64,000 nt of DNA from Isurus oxyrinchus (GCA_026770705.1 JANJGN010000018.1:75826001-75890000), one strand, 5' to 3'. Counted from the stretch's first letter, positions 38,407 to 53,326 are shown. Program-made: numbers and translations. Notes: generated from the sequence alone by a model not told the origin.

Positions 38407-39129
38407 AGAGTAGAGAACTTGTGAAATTATTTTAGGAAATGGACGACTGCCACAGCGATGATGGTAAAATCATGCAGTCATGAATGTCGCAGGCACATGA
38501 ATGTGCAGGATAGCAGTTTAAGAAATACGGATGTGGGTGCGTGGAGAATTAAATGCCAAGATCACTATAGATCTCAAAGGGATATTCTGAACTGCTGGCT
38601 GCTATCCAAGTAGACAAGTAAATGAAAAACTGGTACAAATATATGAAAATAAAGTGATAAAATAAGCTAGGCCATTTCTCTATTGGTATAAATTGGGGCC
38701 ATTACTATACTACCTAGATCAACCACCACCTTCCACAAGGTAAGTTCCTGGAGTAGAGGTAACAGAGATGAGCAGAAGAGAAATAGTTTTCAGTTCGTAC
38801 TCCTGTCGGTCCTGGTGAAGTTGAGAAAATCATGGGGCGGGAAGTGGCCGAAGGGCCCACAGCCTCGTTTTCCTACTGTTGCCGATGTCACCTTACCAGA
38901 GAGTGGAGTAAAATTCAATCCATAAATTTTGAGCATGTTGCCATAGTCTTTTACATGTCTTTAGGCCTGACCAGGAAACAGTAAAAGTATAACAACATTT
39001 AGATGATCAGAAGTATGTTCAATTTTGACTGAGAAGCAACAGTTAGAAAATGTCACGGTTATTATTTGCAATAAACATAATCAGTGAAAATTGTGTGTGG
39101 CAGTAACAGCAAGAAGTATCCACCATTCT

Positions 39130-41610
39130 GAGAAGATACTCAACTGGAGCAAGACTGATTTTAATGAACTGTAAAAGGACCTGGCCCAGGTGGATTGGAA
39201 ACAAAGGTTTGCCAATAAAACAGTAAATGAACAATGGGAGGCCTTCAAACAGGCTCTGGTTCATGTACAGACTAGACACATTCGTATGAAGGGGAAAGGA
39301 AAGCCATCCGAAGCCAGAACTTCTTGGATGGTTAAAGATATAGAAATTAAAAATTTAAAATGAAACAGAAAATGAGGTTTATGATAAATGTCAGGTGCAT
39401 AATAAAATAGAGAATCAAGATGATTACAGATTTGTGGGTAGCATAAAAGGAAAAGAAACTTTACATAACGCCTTTCATGACCACAGGATGTCCCAGTGTT
39501 TTGCAGCCAATGAAGTATTTTTGAAGTATAGTCACTGTTGTAATGTAGGAAATGCAGCAGCCACTTTGTGCACAGCAAGCTCCCACAAACAGCAGTGCGA
39601 TAATGACCAGCTTAGCTGTTTTGTGACATTGATTGAAGGATAAATATTGGCTAAGGCACTGGGATAACATCCCCGCTCTTCTTCAAAATAGCATCTTCTG
39701 CTGTTGGGGTCACTACGAGGTAAAAGGAAGTTTGTTTCTGTCTTTGTTTCTTTTTGTGAAATTTGAGGATCAACTAGAGCCAGGACACGTGCTGTACCTT
39801 GAATTGGCATCCATGGCCACTTTTGTCCTCTTTATCCTCTTGGTCCTTTCATGAGCTGGCTACATATAAACAGTAAAAAATGTAGTCAAGGGAAAGATGG
39901 GTTTGATTGGGAACCAAAAAGGACATCACCTTGTGGAAGCGAAGGCATGGCTGAAGTACTAAATGAATACTTTGCAACTTGTATTCACAAAATAAGATGT
40001 TGATACTGCCAATAAAAGAAGCAGGGTAGAGGGGGTGGGTGCTGGGAGAAAAATAAGCAGTGGAGGTGCTTAAAAGATTAGCAGCACTCAAAGTAGGAAA
40101 ATCACTGGTTCAGATGGAATGCATCTTAGGTTTTTCAGGGAAGCAAGGGTAAAAATAGGCTGGAGCCACAATCCCTCCTTGAATATGGAAGTGGTGCCAG
40201 CGGATTGAAGGGTTGCAAATATTACACCCTATAAAAGATAGGAGGATACAGATAAACTCACTGGCTATAGACCAGTCCACTTAACGTCAGTGGTAGGAAA
40301 ATTTTCAAGGACAATAGAATGGGACAAAATTAATTACCACCTGGAAAGTCATGAGTTGATAAATGACAGACAACAGGGATCAGTTAAAGGCAAATTGTGC
40401 CTGACAAACATGATTAAGTTCTTTGATGGAGTAATGTAGGAGTCTGATGACCGTAGTACAGTTGATGCTGTGTATCTGGTCTTTCAAACACTTTGATGAA
40501 ATACCACAGAATAAATGTGAGAGAAAATTGAAGTCCATGGGATTAAAGGGACAGTGGCAGCATGAGTACAAAACTGTTTAAGGGTCAGAAAGTAGAGAGT
40601 AGCGGAGAAAGGATGCTTTTCAGACTAGAGGGAAATATACACTGGTACAGGGGACAGTGTTGGGACCACTGCTCTTTTTCATATATGTTAACTTGTATAT
40701 ATTGCCTGAACTTGAGCAGACAGGGCATAATCTCAGAAAGTTTGCAGATGACACAAAGCTGCAAATTGTAGTAAACAGTGAGGAGGAAAGCAGCAGGACA
40801 TAGACTAAGAAATAAGTAGACACATGACATATGCAATTTAATACAGAGAAGTATGAAATGATGTATTTTGTAGAATGATGGCTGGCAATGTAAACTGAAT
40901 GTAAAATTTTAAAGGAAGTGCAGAAACAGAGACCTGGGAGTGTATCTACATAAGTCTTTGAAACTGGCAGGACAAGTTGAGAGGTCTTTTAAAAAGCTTA
41001 TGGAATCCTTGGGCCTATCAATGGAAGCATAGAGTACAAAAGCAAAAAGTTATGCTAGAAACCCTTATGAATCACTGAAGTCCTCAGCTAGAGTACTGTG
41101 TTCAATTCTGGGCCTCACACTTTAGGAAGGATGTCAAGGCCTTGGAGAGGGTGAAGAGGAGATTTATTAGAAATACCCCAGGGATGAGGAACTACAGTTA
41201 TGTAGAGAAATTAGAGAAGCTGGGATTGTCCTCTGTAGAGCAGAGAAGGCTAGGAGGAGATTTAATATAGGTGTTCAAAATGTTGAGAGGTTTTGATAGA
41301 GTATATTGGGAAAAATTGTTTCCACTTGCAGGAGGGTGGCTAACCAAAAGACACAAATTTAAGATAATTATTGAAAAAAACAGAGGGGAGGTCTGGAGAA
41401 TTTTTTTTAAATTGTTGTGATCCGGAATGCACTACCTCAAAGGCTGGTGGAAGCAGATTCAATAGAATTTGCAAAAGAAATTGGATAAATACTTGAAGGG
41501 GAGAAATTTGCAGGGCTATGGGGAAAGAACAGCTGGGTGGGTCTAATTGGATAACTCTTTCAAAGGGACAACAGAGGTGTAATGCCCTTCTTTTAGGCTG
41601 TATGACTTCG
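39130..41610 (+). mobile_element. Degenerate CR1 ORF2 with nested DeuSINE
   Basis: GKLCLTNMIKFFD, QGTVLGPLLF, FADDTK and 3' tail motifs. Confidence 0.85.
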
Positions 41611-43647
41611 TAAGTATGAACATGTGCAGTTGAAAGCTATCTCAAGCATAATCTGTCCGTTGAAGAAAGCAACAGTCAGCTAAATATACTGACTCTGTAT
41701 TTCCGGCCACTTTGATGGACATGTTTACATCAAGGACGCAAGTTAAAAAGACTAGCAGTGAGGAGCCAGAGACGGAACACTATTATTTTGTAAAAGGATG
41801 TGGTTGGCTGAGTCTGAAAAACCCATTGTTTGGCTTTCTTGAACAGCTTTGAAGGTATATGTTCCCCAATCATATAACCTCTAGATATGTGTTTTATTCA
41901 TGTAATGCCAATTACTATATATTTATATTGTATTTACTCAAAATGAATATTTGTCAAGGTTCTAAGTACAATTTAGTGATTCAGATTTAGTGACAGTGAT
42001 TCAGAGCTTATTTAATTGAGGGATTTCTGTGATATAAACAGTAGGAAAGAAGCTCGATCTGATTCCAACACATTACAGTTTTGGAACTTCACCATTTGCT
42101 TTAGTAAGTCTGTTCTATAGGGCTTACCACAAATGCTCAGTCACCACCTTGAAGATGGCTGAAAGTCAAACTGGCTCTATTGAAATAATAACAAAGTTCC
42201 GACAGACAAGGAGCCAGGAGCTAGCAGTACAGTGGCTTCCTGCAACATTACATAAACAGCCATCAGCAAATTCAGATATGGCTTTATACATTTAAGGCTA
42301 ATTAATCCTGTTTCTTTTAAGTAAAAACATAAACATTAACAGGTTATAGCCCGACAAAAACAACAATAAAATTATGACATTCTCAAATATGGCTTATGTA
42401 GAAAGAAGTAAGGTTAGAATCTCTCTGAACAAAGCTTCCCTTCTTAGAATATGTCCCAAAAATTACCCTTCAGTTTTAGCCCTTTATTCATATAGTCTTA
42501 TGAAAATCATTCAGATTACATTCAGTATGGCTCTTTCATACCTTTTGACCAAAATGATGATCTGTAATTTCTGAGCCTTAAGCTTTGGAGGCTTGGAATT
42601 TCCTTAGGAATCCTCCAGGAGGAAATCACTGGACCTCCTCCCCCAAAGACATATTAGGTGATTAAAATTGGTTGTTGATGTGGTTTCTGCAGGGTTTCCA
42701 CCAAAGTTGGAGTGGGAGATCAGGAAAACTGTGTGTAAATTCAGAACTGTAATTCTTGTAGTTTTTATTATTGTGGTTCAACAAGTTCAGAGGCCATCTG
42801 AAATAAACAACCATCCCAAATGATTACACAATCCACCTTGATATGCTTCTTGTGGACAGTGCACTATTGATTCTGATAATAGGAATATATTTCTGGTTTA
42901 ATGCACATATCTAGTTAACTGCTGAGCCAAACTTTTCTGAGGTAACTAATCTCAGCTGGAGCAAAAGTAAGGGTGCTACAATTTGTCTCAGAACCCCTGG
43001 TTTAGGGAAGGAAAACTGGGCAATGCTTTAGCACTGCAGCAATATCCAATGATTCATGTATGTGGTCAGGTTTGGTCTAGGCTATGATGACTCAGCAGGG
43101 AATAGTCTGTTGGCACTCATCACCAAGGTTTACAATGGAATGAGGATTTGATGAGATACAGGAGGATGTTTCGAGGAGCTGCCTTCCGTTAAAGGAGGAA
43201 AAGAAAGACAGCCTGGTGTGGAAGAAGAAATTTCAAGTGAGCACTATGTTCGCAATGTTTGTAGACCACCAGTTGTCAACCTGGTGGGTCATAAAGCATG
43301 TACAGACAGGATGTGAAAAATCCAGAATCAATGGTCCAGAAATAAATGTAATTTGAATAATACTGATGCTGTGGCAATTCTTGCCATTATGGGCAAGTCC
43401 AGGTAGAGCCCCTCCTCTCAGCAGACACCCACATACACTTTGTAATCATTTTAATTTAGGCTCCACCACATATTTCCTCCCTTTTTGATGTTTAGCTGAC
43501 CCACTCTTTCTTCTTCAGTGGTTCCCATTCTCAGTGAACTGTTTTGATGACTCAAATTTTCTCTTCCTGTTCCTGTGCTTCTTCAGGGGGTTTTCATTGA
43601 CTTCTTCCCCACTCTTGGCATCTCCAAGCAGCAGAAAAGAGAAGGGA

Positions 43648-43708
43648 ATGAGGAAAGGGAGATGGTTGACACTGTTTTTAATTCAGGAAGTCAAGTGCAG
43701 AGTTGGAA
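43648..43708 (+). CDS. Alternative candidate first coding exon (MRKGRWLTLFLIQEVKCRVG)
   Basis: ATG, 20 codons, then a phase-1 GAA|GTGAGT donor compatible with exon 2; tandem TTCCTG (ETS-like) sites ~80 nt upstream; hydrophobic core is short. Confidence 0.2.
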
Positions 43709-43807
43709 GTGAGTTTAACTCCAGGAACGTTTAGAGAGGGCAATGTTTGTGGGACAGATGGGGTTCCACCAGAACTATTTGGCATGAGGTCACAGCCGTT
43801 TTAACTC

Positions 43808-45290
43808 TTTTTTATTCATGCTTGGGAAGTGAGCATCCCTGGCAGTGCCTGCATTTGTTGCCTATCCTTAATTGCCCTTGAGAAGCTAATGGTGAACTAT
43901 CTTCTTGAACTGCTGCAGTCCATGTGGTGTAGGTGTAGTCACAGTGCTTTTAGAAAGGAAGTTCCAGGCTTTTAATTCAGCAATAGTGAAGGAACGGTGA
44001 CATAGTTCAAAGTCAGGATGGTGACTGACATGGAGGGGAACTTGCAAGTAGTGGTATCCCTATGTGACTCCTGCCCTTGTCCTTCTAGGTGATAGACGTT
44101 ACATGTTTGGAAGGTGCAGTCAAAGGAGCCTTAGTGAGTTACTCCAGTTTATCTTGTAGATGGTACATACTGCTGTTACTATGAATTGGTGGTGGATGGG
44201 GTGCCAATCAAGCAGGCTGCTTTGTCCTGTCATTGAGCTTCTTGAGTATTTTTGGAGCCATGCTCATCCAGGCAAGTGGAGAGTATTCAATCACACACCT
44301 GACTTGTGCCTTGTAGATGGTGGACAGGCTTTGGGGAGTCAGGAGCTGAGTTACTTGCAGCAGAATTCCCAGTCTCTGACTTGCTCTTGTAGCTACAGTA
44401 TGGCTGCCTCAGCTGGTGTTAACCCAGCGGCAGGCAGAGGACTCACCATTAGGGGGACACAACAAACAAAACTGTGCAGGGCTGCTTGCAGGCTCCTGAG
44501 AGAGGTCCCTCATTCAAAGGTACTTAGTATAATGTACACAGTTAACCTGATTGAGGGAGCTGGCATAGGGAACGGACTGCCTGCTGAGAGGCACACCCCT
44601 TGCTGCTTGCTGCTGACCCCTCTCATGCCTTTCCCAGTAAACCCTACCACTATCCTGGTGGCACTGCTGTTTAATAAAGCTGATAACCTCTGGTTGGTTG
44701 GCAGTTCTCAGCAGGTGGGACTTCCACACCCAGGGTCCTTGATTCTGGGGAAGGCCCACCTCTGTCCAGTTAAGTGCCTGAGTGAGTGGCGCTTAGTACG
44801 ACGGGCCTTCTCCAGTAGAGGCGAGGTGGAGCTCTCGCTAGCTCTCCAGTTGGTGGGTGAGACCCTTGTCATCTCCATGAAATAACACCACAAATAACTT
44901 TGCCAACAAACTGCACACATAAAAGCACCTCTAATGCAGAAAACCATTCTAAAGTATTTCACAAGATTTCTTTGACAGCGTCTTCCAAACCCACGACCTC
45001 TACCACCTAAAATGACAAGGGCAGTAGACACATGGGAACACCACCACCTGGAAGTTCTCCTCCAAGCCACTCACTATCCTGACTTGGAAATATATTGCCG
45101 TTCCTTCACTATTGCTGGGTCAAAATCCTGGAACTCCCACTCTAACAGCACTTTGAGTGTACCTGCACCCACATGGACTACAGCAGTTCAAGAAAGCAGC
45201 TCACCACCACCTTCTCAAGGCATATTAGGAATGGGTGGCACATGCTAGTGTTGCCAGCAATGCTAACATTCCAGAAACAAATTAAAAAAG
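43808..45290. mobile_element. Family-B CR1 3' ends in inverted orientation (43808-44400 minus; 44960-45290 plus) around an unrelated spacer
   Basis: Both segments match 54125-54585, in opposite orientations. Confidence 0.75.
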
Positions 45291-45840
45291 CAGTGTTTCA
45301 ATCAGAAAAATGAACACCAAGCCAAAAAAGAAAATAGTAGGAGAAGTGATCACATCCTTGATCAGTGAGAGTTTTAAGGAGTGAATTAAGAGAGTAGGAG
45401 AGGTGGTTAGGTTTAAGGAGTGAATTCCAGAGCACAAGGCCTAGGCCGCTGAAGACATGACTGCCAATGATGAGGTGAAGTAGGAAAGGGTATATGAGAA
45501 GCTTGAGTCAGAGGAATGGAGAGTCCAGAAAGGGTAATGGAGAGAGGGATGAGAAAGGAATGGATTTAAACATGAAGATGAGAATTTCAAGTTTGGGGAT
45601 TTGGGGAACTGGCGGCTAATGTAAGTCAGAGAGAACAGGATTGATGGGTGAGTGAGACTGCTGCAGGACAGGATACAGGCAGAATTGTTTTGGATGGATG
45701 TAAACTTATAGAATATGGGATACTCATCTGGAGAAGTTTGCAACAGATGGGTTTGGTGATGCAACAGCATGAATGAGTGTTTCAGCAGCAGACAGGATAA
45801 TGCAAGGGCAGGAGAAGATGATATTACAGACATAGAAGTA
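45290..45840 (-). mobile_element. L2 LINE 3' fragment (another near 690-900)
   Basis: Reverse complement of LKFSSSCLN / ctctggaattcactcc L2 3' motifs. Confidence 0.65.
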
Positions 45841-46249
45841 CATATATACAAATTGGATGGGCAGGAAAAAAACTAGCTGGTCCATCAAGCCTGCCCAATG
45901 GTGAAGAGTATTTTCTGGTGTATACCTCCACGAACAATCCTCCTTGTTTTTACCCTACTTTTAGAAATGCTAAATGTCATCAACTTTGTTCCTTACTGTG
46001 TATATTGTATTCATCAGAGATCACCAATATTATCATTATGATCAACTGATATTGAATGAAGAACCATCACATTCACCAAATTAGCTTTCAATACTCAATT
46101 AACATTCAAATGTATTGCTATCTGTTGCAAGCTTATCATGAACAGGATAGCTGGGGATATTTAGTAAAGAAGGATCCAGATATCAATTAGTATCAAATAA
46201 AACACTTGGAAATGTGGCTGACTGGGTTTTCTGTTTGCCATTTTGACAG

Positions 46250-46353
46250 ATGCTGAAGTTATGAGCCTGAATGACCCTAAGTTGTGTTATATTCTGGATG
46301 GAATTCTCTTTGTGTATGGGATTATAGTCACTGGTCTCTACCTTAAACTGAGG
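46250..46353 (+). CDS. CD247: CD3 zeta-like exon 2: short ectodomain and transmembrane helix
   Basis: ttttgacAG acceptor, AGG|GTAAGT donor, 104 nt, phase 1-0. Encodes [35 protein letters not shown] with the zeta DPKLCY..DG motif (dimer Cys, TM Asp, Tyr/Thr). Confidence 0.95.
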
Positions 46354-47824
46354 GTAAGTCATCATTATCTATCATTGTTGAGCTTTAGAGGATCCATAAA
46401 TTAAATATTTGTGATATGCGAAGAACAGTACATATGTCTCCAGGTAATTCTGCAGCATTAATGTGTTTTTTTCTAACATACAGACAATGTACTGGTTGAA
46501 ACTGTATGGGGAGCAATTCAATCAACTTTGCTCCAGTGATTCATGTGCAGCATTCTTAGTGGGTGCCATGATCTAGATGTTGATGTATTGATGTGCTGCA
46601 GCACTGAATGCTAGAACACAGTACCCATGATTTCCCAATGAAGAAATTTCCAGGTTTAGTCAAAAACCATGAGGACGAGGAAATTACCCAGGAAGGGAGG
46701 CTATTGAGTTATTTTGATAATGTTAATTTGGTAATCTGATTTGAAACAAGCAGGCACAGCAAAAACATGTATAATTAATAGTAAACTCCCTTAATTCCTC
46801 CAATTATTGTATAGATATTCAAACAATGTGGATGTGTCCCTAAACACTTAAAGCATTATTTTTTAATGAGATATATTTTTCATTTTTTCTGCTTTATTGC
46901 AGCATGATTTAGTCCTGCTGATTTCTTCTTTTCCCGGAGGTATCTGTGGCAATTACTAGCACAGAAGGAACATTTATCCTGAGATTTCAGTACTTCACCT
47001 CTTTCCCAAGCTTTAAATTAACAAAACCACGTAGATTAAAAGAACATTTGTTTAAAAGCAAAGAGGGAATGATTGTCCATTCATCTCCGGAACATTTTGT
47101 TCCCTTCCTGGTGCAGATCATAATCGCCGACAAGTTGGCAAGTAACCTGTGCAGGGACTCCATGATCAGCCAATAACAATTAGCACATTCATTTTACCAG
47201 GAAAGTACTTCTCACTACATGGTGCTACAGACCAGAAATAGCACTAGTGTCAATGAAAATATTTATTTAGTATTATCACTCACAAATAAATCATTAATGT
47301 TTGGAGATTTTTCGAATTTCAAGTTATTTTTTGCCTCTTAACACAAGGCTTGTTAGTGCAGGGTATTTTGTGAATGTGCATGCTTTTTTTTTGTAATTTC
47401 CCAATTATTTTATTATCCTTTCAACACTCCATGGGCCACATGCGAACTGGGGTTGAAAGGGGAAACAGATGACCTGTTGTCTTCCATCTTAGGCTAGCTG
47501 TAAGGAGTAGCAGGAAAGTGGTCTAATTTAAACTTTCTTTCATATTCTCTTCCACCCCCAACTTCCCATATAAGCATAGCCAAGATTGATAACTGTTGAT
47601 AACCCAACCCAACTGTGTGGAAGACTGTGGGGGTTGTGATATAGGTTTTTCATTACATAAAAGACAAATTACAAAATCTGAACTTTGCTCATAACTTCTT
47701 GTAGCATGAGAATCCTGATGGTCATTTTAATTAGTTACATTAGTAACATATTTACAACAGGCAATGGGATTGGTACATTAAATTTATTTTTGCAAAATGT
47801 TCTTTTTTAATTTTATTTTCAAAG

Positions 47825-47893
47825 CTGTCAAAGGCAAAAGATAAACATGAAGATATTCCTGCAAACCAAATGAATGTAGAAGATCAATATCAA
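47825..47893 (+). CDS. CD247: CD3 zeta-like exon 3 (LSKAKDKHEDIPANQMNVEDQYQ)
   Basis: Polypyrimidine tract + AAG acceptor, CAA|GTAAGC donor, 69 nt; only phase 0 is open; ends in the first Tyr of ITAM1 as in mammalian CD247 exon 3. Confidence 0.9.
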
Positions 47894-48914
47894 GTAAGCA
47901 ATTGTTTACATTTTCGTAAATTGGTTACTTTTTGACTGTTACTGTCTTGTCCAATTTATTAGATGTAACCCAAATCAGGTTTCTATTGTCCCTGTGTACA
48001 CAGTGAAAATATTGCTTGCCACCGCTACTGAAGGTCCTGAAACCTGAGTGTACTGAGGTCAATTTTCAGTTGCTTGTCACCCACAAATCGCTCATCCTCA
48101 CTGGAAATGGCACTCACTATTTTGGAGATGTCTTTAGATGAAAATAGGACAAATGGATATTCAGAACATCATTTGCAATATTTACTGCTGCAAATTGATT
48201 GGAGCAACAGTAACAGAAAAGTTGACAGATAAAAATCCATCTTCTTCCGTATTTTTCACTGTTTTCCCTTTTCACCAATTCCCATTCCATTATTGTACAA
48301 ATCTCTGAAATAACTGAAGTGATTCATCAACACAGTAATAACAAAGTGAAACTTGCCTTTTTCATCTGGTGGATACGGGATCTTTTAGCCCTGGAGAAAG
48401 GGAAATTTGTACCAGAGAAATTAAAACATTTTTTTAGAATATAGACTTTTGTGTGAATTAATAATTGAAAGTTAAGGATCAGCCACAGCTTGAGACTGAA
48501 ATATCCTATAAATCATGTGGTGTAACACTTCATGTGAAAGAATTGTATAAAACAAACTGAATTTTATTTATTTTATTTGGAAAAATACGTTATATACATT
48601 TCTCTAAATCTTCAATGTACTCAGCATTCAAATTCTACAGAAAATATAATTCTTTATAATGGAAAATATTAGGAGGGACCTCATAATGGCTGAAATTATG
48701 GTGGACTTTATTATTTCGGGGGCAGGATACCCACCTGATGCTTTTACCAGAAGGCCTGGTTAACTTTTGTGGTTGGGGGGTCATTAACAAGAAATCAGTG
48801 AGCTGTCAGTATTAAATGTGCTTGGGAGGACAGGAAACCCAGCATGGCAGGTGAAAGTGATAAGTTTGTGGCAGCAGCTTAAACAGGGGGTGGAAGCATT
48901 AGGGGTAGCGATTT

Positions 48915-50995
48915 ATATTTTCCTCTACATGATACCCTTCAGCAATATCATGTGAAAACAGTTTTCACCTGTACGCTGATGACACCCAACTCTGCCTCAA
49001 AACCACCTCTCTCAACCCCTCCATCTCTCTCGATCCTCAAGATTGTCAGACTGCTTGTTTATCATCCAGTGCTGGATGAGCAGAAATCTTGTCCAATGAA
49101 ATATCGGGACGAGCAAATCCACTGTCTTTCAACCCCACTACAAATTCTGTTCCCTAGTCACCGACTCCACCTCTCGCCTAGGCAACTGTCTGGAGCTAAA
49201 CCAAACTGTTCACAATCTCGGCATTGCATATGACAACAAGATAAGATCCTGGCTAGCGCCACCATTAAGAACACACATTAGCACCTCCCTGTCTCAGCTT
49301 GTCTGTTGCTGAAATCCACATTCAAACCATTATTACCTCCGAACTTGACTATTCTAATGCGCTGCTGGTCAGCCTCCCATCTTCCACCTTCTGTAAACTT
49401 GAGGTCATCCAAAACTCTGCTCCCACAGTTCATAACTCGCACCAAGTCCCGTTGCCCAACATGCGGCCTGTGGGTCACTATCCGGCCCACCAGGCCTCTT
49501 TATCCGGCTAGTCCAGTTCAGTTTCTGGTTAATGGTGACCCCCAGGATGTTGATAATAGGGGATTCAGCAATGGTAATGCCATTGAATGTCAAGGGGGTG
49601 ATGGTTAGATTCTCTCTTGTTCAAGATGATCATTGCCTGGCACTTGTGTGGTGCGAATGCAACTTGCCACTTGTCAGCCCAAGCCTGGATATTGTCCAGG
49701 TCTTGCTGCATTTGGACATGGACTGCTTCAGTATCTGAGGAGTCGAGAATAGTGTTGAATATTGTGCAATCATCAACGAACATCCCCATTTCTGACCTCA
49801 TGACGGAAGGAAGGTCAATAATGAAGCAGTTGAAGATGGTTGGGCCGAGGACACCACCCTGAAGTGAAGTCAAAGATTCTACAAGAGCTGCCCCTCCAAT
49901 CACAGGCCAATTCTCTCCTGCATTTGCTGTTGGCTCACTAATGATCCTATCATCAGCAAATGCGGAACAGAACCACTCTCTAATTGGAGGAGCAGCTTCC
50001 TTCAGCCTGAGGCCTTAAAAACCAGTGCATCAGCAGCATTGAGTCTGCTGGGGAGGGAGGGAGGTTTTCAGCTTGTTGCGGGGGGGGGTGGCTGGGGGGA
50101 AGGCAGGGGAGAGAGAAAGTCAGAGTGGCTGCTGAGCGGGGATAAAGTGGCTGCTGGGTGTGGGGGAGAGAGTAACTGACAAGTGGGGTAAGTGTGGCTG
50201 CTGGTGGGGGAGAGAGTAGCTGCTGGTGGTGGGGGTGGAAGAGAGTGGTTGCAGGTGGGGGGGGGAAGAGTGAGAGTGCATGTGCGAGAGAAAGTGAGGG
50301 TGTGTGAATGAGAGAGTGAATGTGTGTCTGGTTCACTCCCAGCCTTGGGGGTCGCACTCATTCTCACCCCCACACACCAACACATTCACATCAACTCACA
50401 CAATGGGTGTGGATAAGGGTGAGTGAGTAAAAACGCTGAGACTGGGAGTGAGCCAGAGAGACACGGTTTGTCCCTCTCACACTCTAAATCTCACAATCTT
50501 TGTTAATTATTCATTTAAAAAAATTATCAATTTATTAGACATCACTTTAATTTTACTCAGCAGATTATTTATTTTCTTCGTACCTCAGCATTTTATTAAA
50601 ATTCATGTTTACTGTCGTGCCACACGTTATCTTTCTAAAATTTGCTCATCAGCCCTTGAGAAATATTTGAAATGTGGCCCCTTCACCTGAAAAGTCTGGA
50701 CAGGCCTGATTTATCACTGACACACACTGACTCCTGGTTAAACAATTCCTCAATTTTAAAATTCTCATCCGTGTTTTCAAATCTCTCACCCCTCCTCATC
50801 TTTGTAATCTCCTCCAGCTCGACAACTCTCTGAGGTAGCTGCATTCCTCCAATTCTTGCTTATCTCTGATTTTTATTGCTTTACCAAAATTTGATCAAGC
50901 TTTTGGCCATCCAGCCTAATATCTCCTGATGTGGTTTCAAATATTGATTGATGATGCTCCTGTTAAAGACGCTATATAAATACATGTCATGTTGT
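48915..50995 (+). mobile_element. L2 fragment split by a hAT-like element (49454-50707) that itself contains a CR1-B piece
   Basis: L2 motifs YADDTQL and LDYSNALL; L2 resumes at ~50715; hAT-like ends ccaacatgcggcc...tccggccc and tgtggccc...ggacaggcctg. Confidence 0.7.
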
Positions 50996-53326
50996 TATAA
51001 TTGCAGCACCTGCTGCAGCAATTATAAGTTTTCAAGGCTCAAAGTACAGAAGCATGTGGAGGTACACATGATATTCGATCATGTGACACCTCGCGTGATG
51101 CTTAATCATATGACATTTGATCGAGAGAGATTTGCCCACTGTTTTTCAAATATTATTGCATTTACCTTAGTATCACCTAGCCCCAAACAATATTCAATTT
51201 TATTTTTTTTAGTGAGATGAATAACAATTTATAAATCAAAGAAAGAACACAAAATAGAAAGATTTAAGAATAAGTAATGTTTAAATAAAAACTACTTTTG
51301 CGATGTTTTTATAGTATCAACTGCAATGAGAACCAGAGTGAATTCTGTTGATTCAACAAAAATATTTTAATATAATTTTATAACTTCCTACAATATGTAA
51401 CAACTTATAAGAACAATAAATAAAACCAAAATGAAACCTAATTCAATTCACTGCTGAAGCTTAGCTTCAGGGACGTCAGGTTTATTCCTCAGGGTGAAGG
51501 ATCAAAGCTGTCTGATTCCAAGGACAAAACCCATTATACAACAGTGCACATCACAGGCCAACATGAACCCTCCCTTGCAGCTTGTCTTGTTTTTGCTCTT
51601 CCTTTCTCTGAAATTTGTATTACTGTCTTCTCTTCCCCAGTTTGTTACTCTCTCTCTCTTCACACCCCTCATCCCCAGTTTCTGTTCCACAGGATTGTTA
51701 CAGTGCAGAAGGAGGTCATTTGGCCCATTGTGTGTGCCAATTCTCTGAGTGAGCAATTTGCCTAGTGCCATTCCCCCGCCTTCTCCTCGTAACCACTGCA
51801 CATTCTTCCTTTTCAGATAATATTCCAATTTCCTCTTGAATGCTTTGATTAAACCTGCCCTCTCTCCTTTCCCCCCCTTGATCTCTTAGAACAGAGTTTC
51901 CAGGCGGATTTTGTTGGCCCTGCCGCTGCCTTCCTCACAACCAGCTATGACGTAATGCATTCCAAAATAACTGGGAGGCCAGCAGGGCTTACACATGGCG
52001 GTTTGGTTGCAAGCCATGCCAATCTCTATGCACAGTTTAACACACATACATGAACCATGTATTCAAGCACCATTTCTTCTGAGCTGCCAGCAGCACTGCT
52101 TAGGAGAGCAATTTCCTGCTCCAGTTAGACTCCTACCCAAAGCAAGTGGGTTAGGAGCCCTGCACTGAATGCCAGATTTGCTTCCAGCTTTTCCTTACCA
52201 CGGCTAAGGATTTCTTCAAATACGGCTCCTGACTTTTGCCACCAATGGTTTGTGAGTGGGTTCAGGAACTGTCAATCGCAACAAGGATAGAGACAAAAAT
52301 GACACATGTTTAATACATAATTTACAATATAATTACATATATTAATAAGGCCTTTGCTTGTTTCCAAGGATGCTTTCATCACCTAAATCGAGGTCTATCC
52401 AAAAATTGAAATAGCAGGGCAGTCAGTGGTAAATCCTCTCTCTGATTTTGGTTCCATGAACATCACCTTGTGTAGATGTAATTCGCCTTCTATATTCCAC
52501 TGTTCTCAGTTAGTTATAGCTCCAGGAATATGGTTTATTCTGTGTGCAAAGAAAAGTGATAGTTTTAAGTTGTCATCATAAACTCTTCAGTTTAGTGAGA
52601 GGCATCTTCCAGTAAGAATGCCTGGCTTCCTAAGATTAAAAGATGTTTTCATAATCTTACCGGTAACAGTCCCCAGTTAAGGTAGTTCTATTAAATCAGA
52701 CAAGCACCACAGAGTAAAAATACTTTGAGCAATCTAGACTACATTATAATCATGTTGCAGTTCAGGATACAAGACACATGGTTTGCACTCTTCTGAAAAG
52801 AATTAAAAAAGGATTTGCATTTATATAATGGTTTCCAGGACCATTGGATGTCTCAAAGCGCTTTGCAACCAATGAAGTTTAGTCACTGCTGTAATGTAGG
52901 AAATGCAGCAGTCAGTTTGTACACAGTGAACTCACATAAACAGCAATGTGATAATGAGATCATCTTTTTGTGATGTTGATTGAAGGAGAAGTATTGACCA
53001 AGACACTAGGATAACTTTCCTGTTCTTCTTTTGGGAACTTTTACATTGACCTAAGCAGGTAGATGGGACCTCGATTTAACCGCTCAACCAAAAGATGGCA
53101 CCACCTACAGTGCACAACTCCCTCAGTGCTGTGGATTAGAAAGAACAGGACATATGTAATATTAAATAAGGAAATAATTTCCTCAATTCCAGACTGGTCA
53201 TTGATTAGGGTCATTCAGCCACCCTGTTTAAAGAAATCTCACCGAGCCTTTTTAATGCTAATTTTAAATTGATGGCCTCATGGCTGATTTGCCATTGGCT
53301 ATAACTATTGGCTTATCTATTGGCAT

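Noticed and set aside
38640-38745. Strong donor AAG|GTAAGT as CD247 exon 1
   Set aside because: The phase-1 frame hits TAG nine codons upstream and has no ATG or hydrophobic core.
44160-44885. 241-aa ORF
   Set aside because: Chance read-through across an antisense CR1 fragment and spacer; no recognisable domain.
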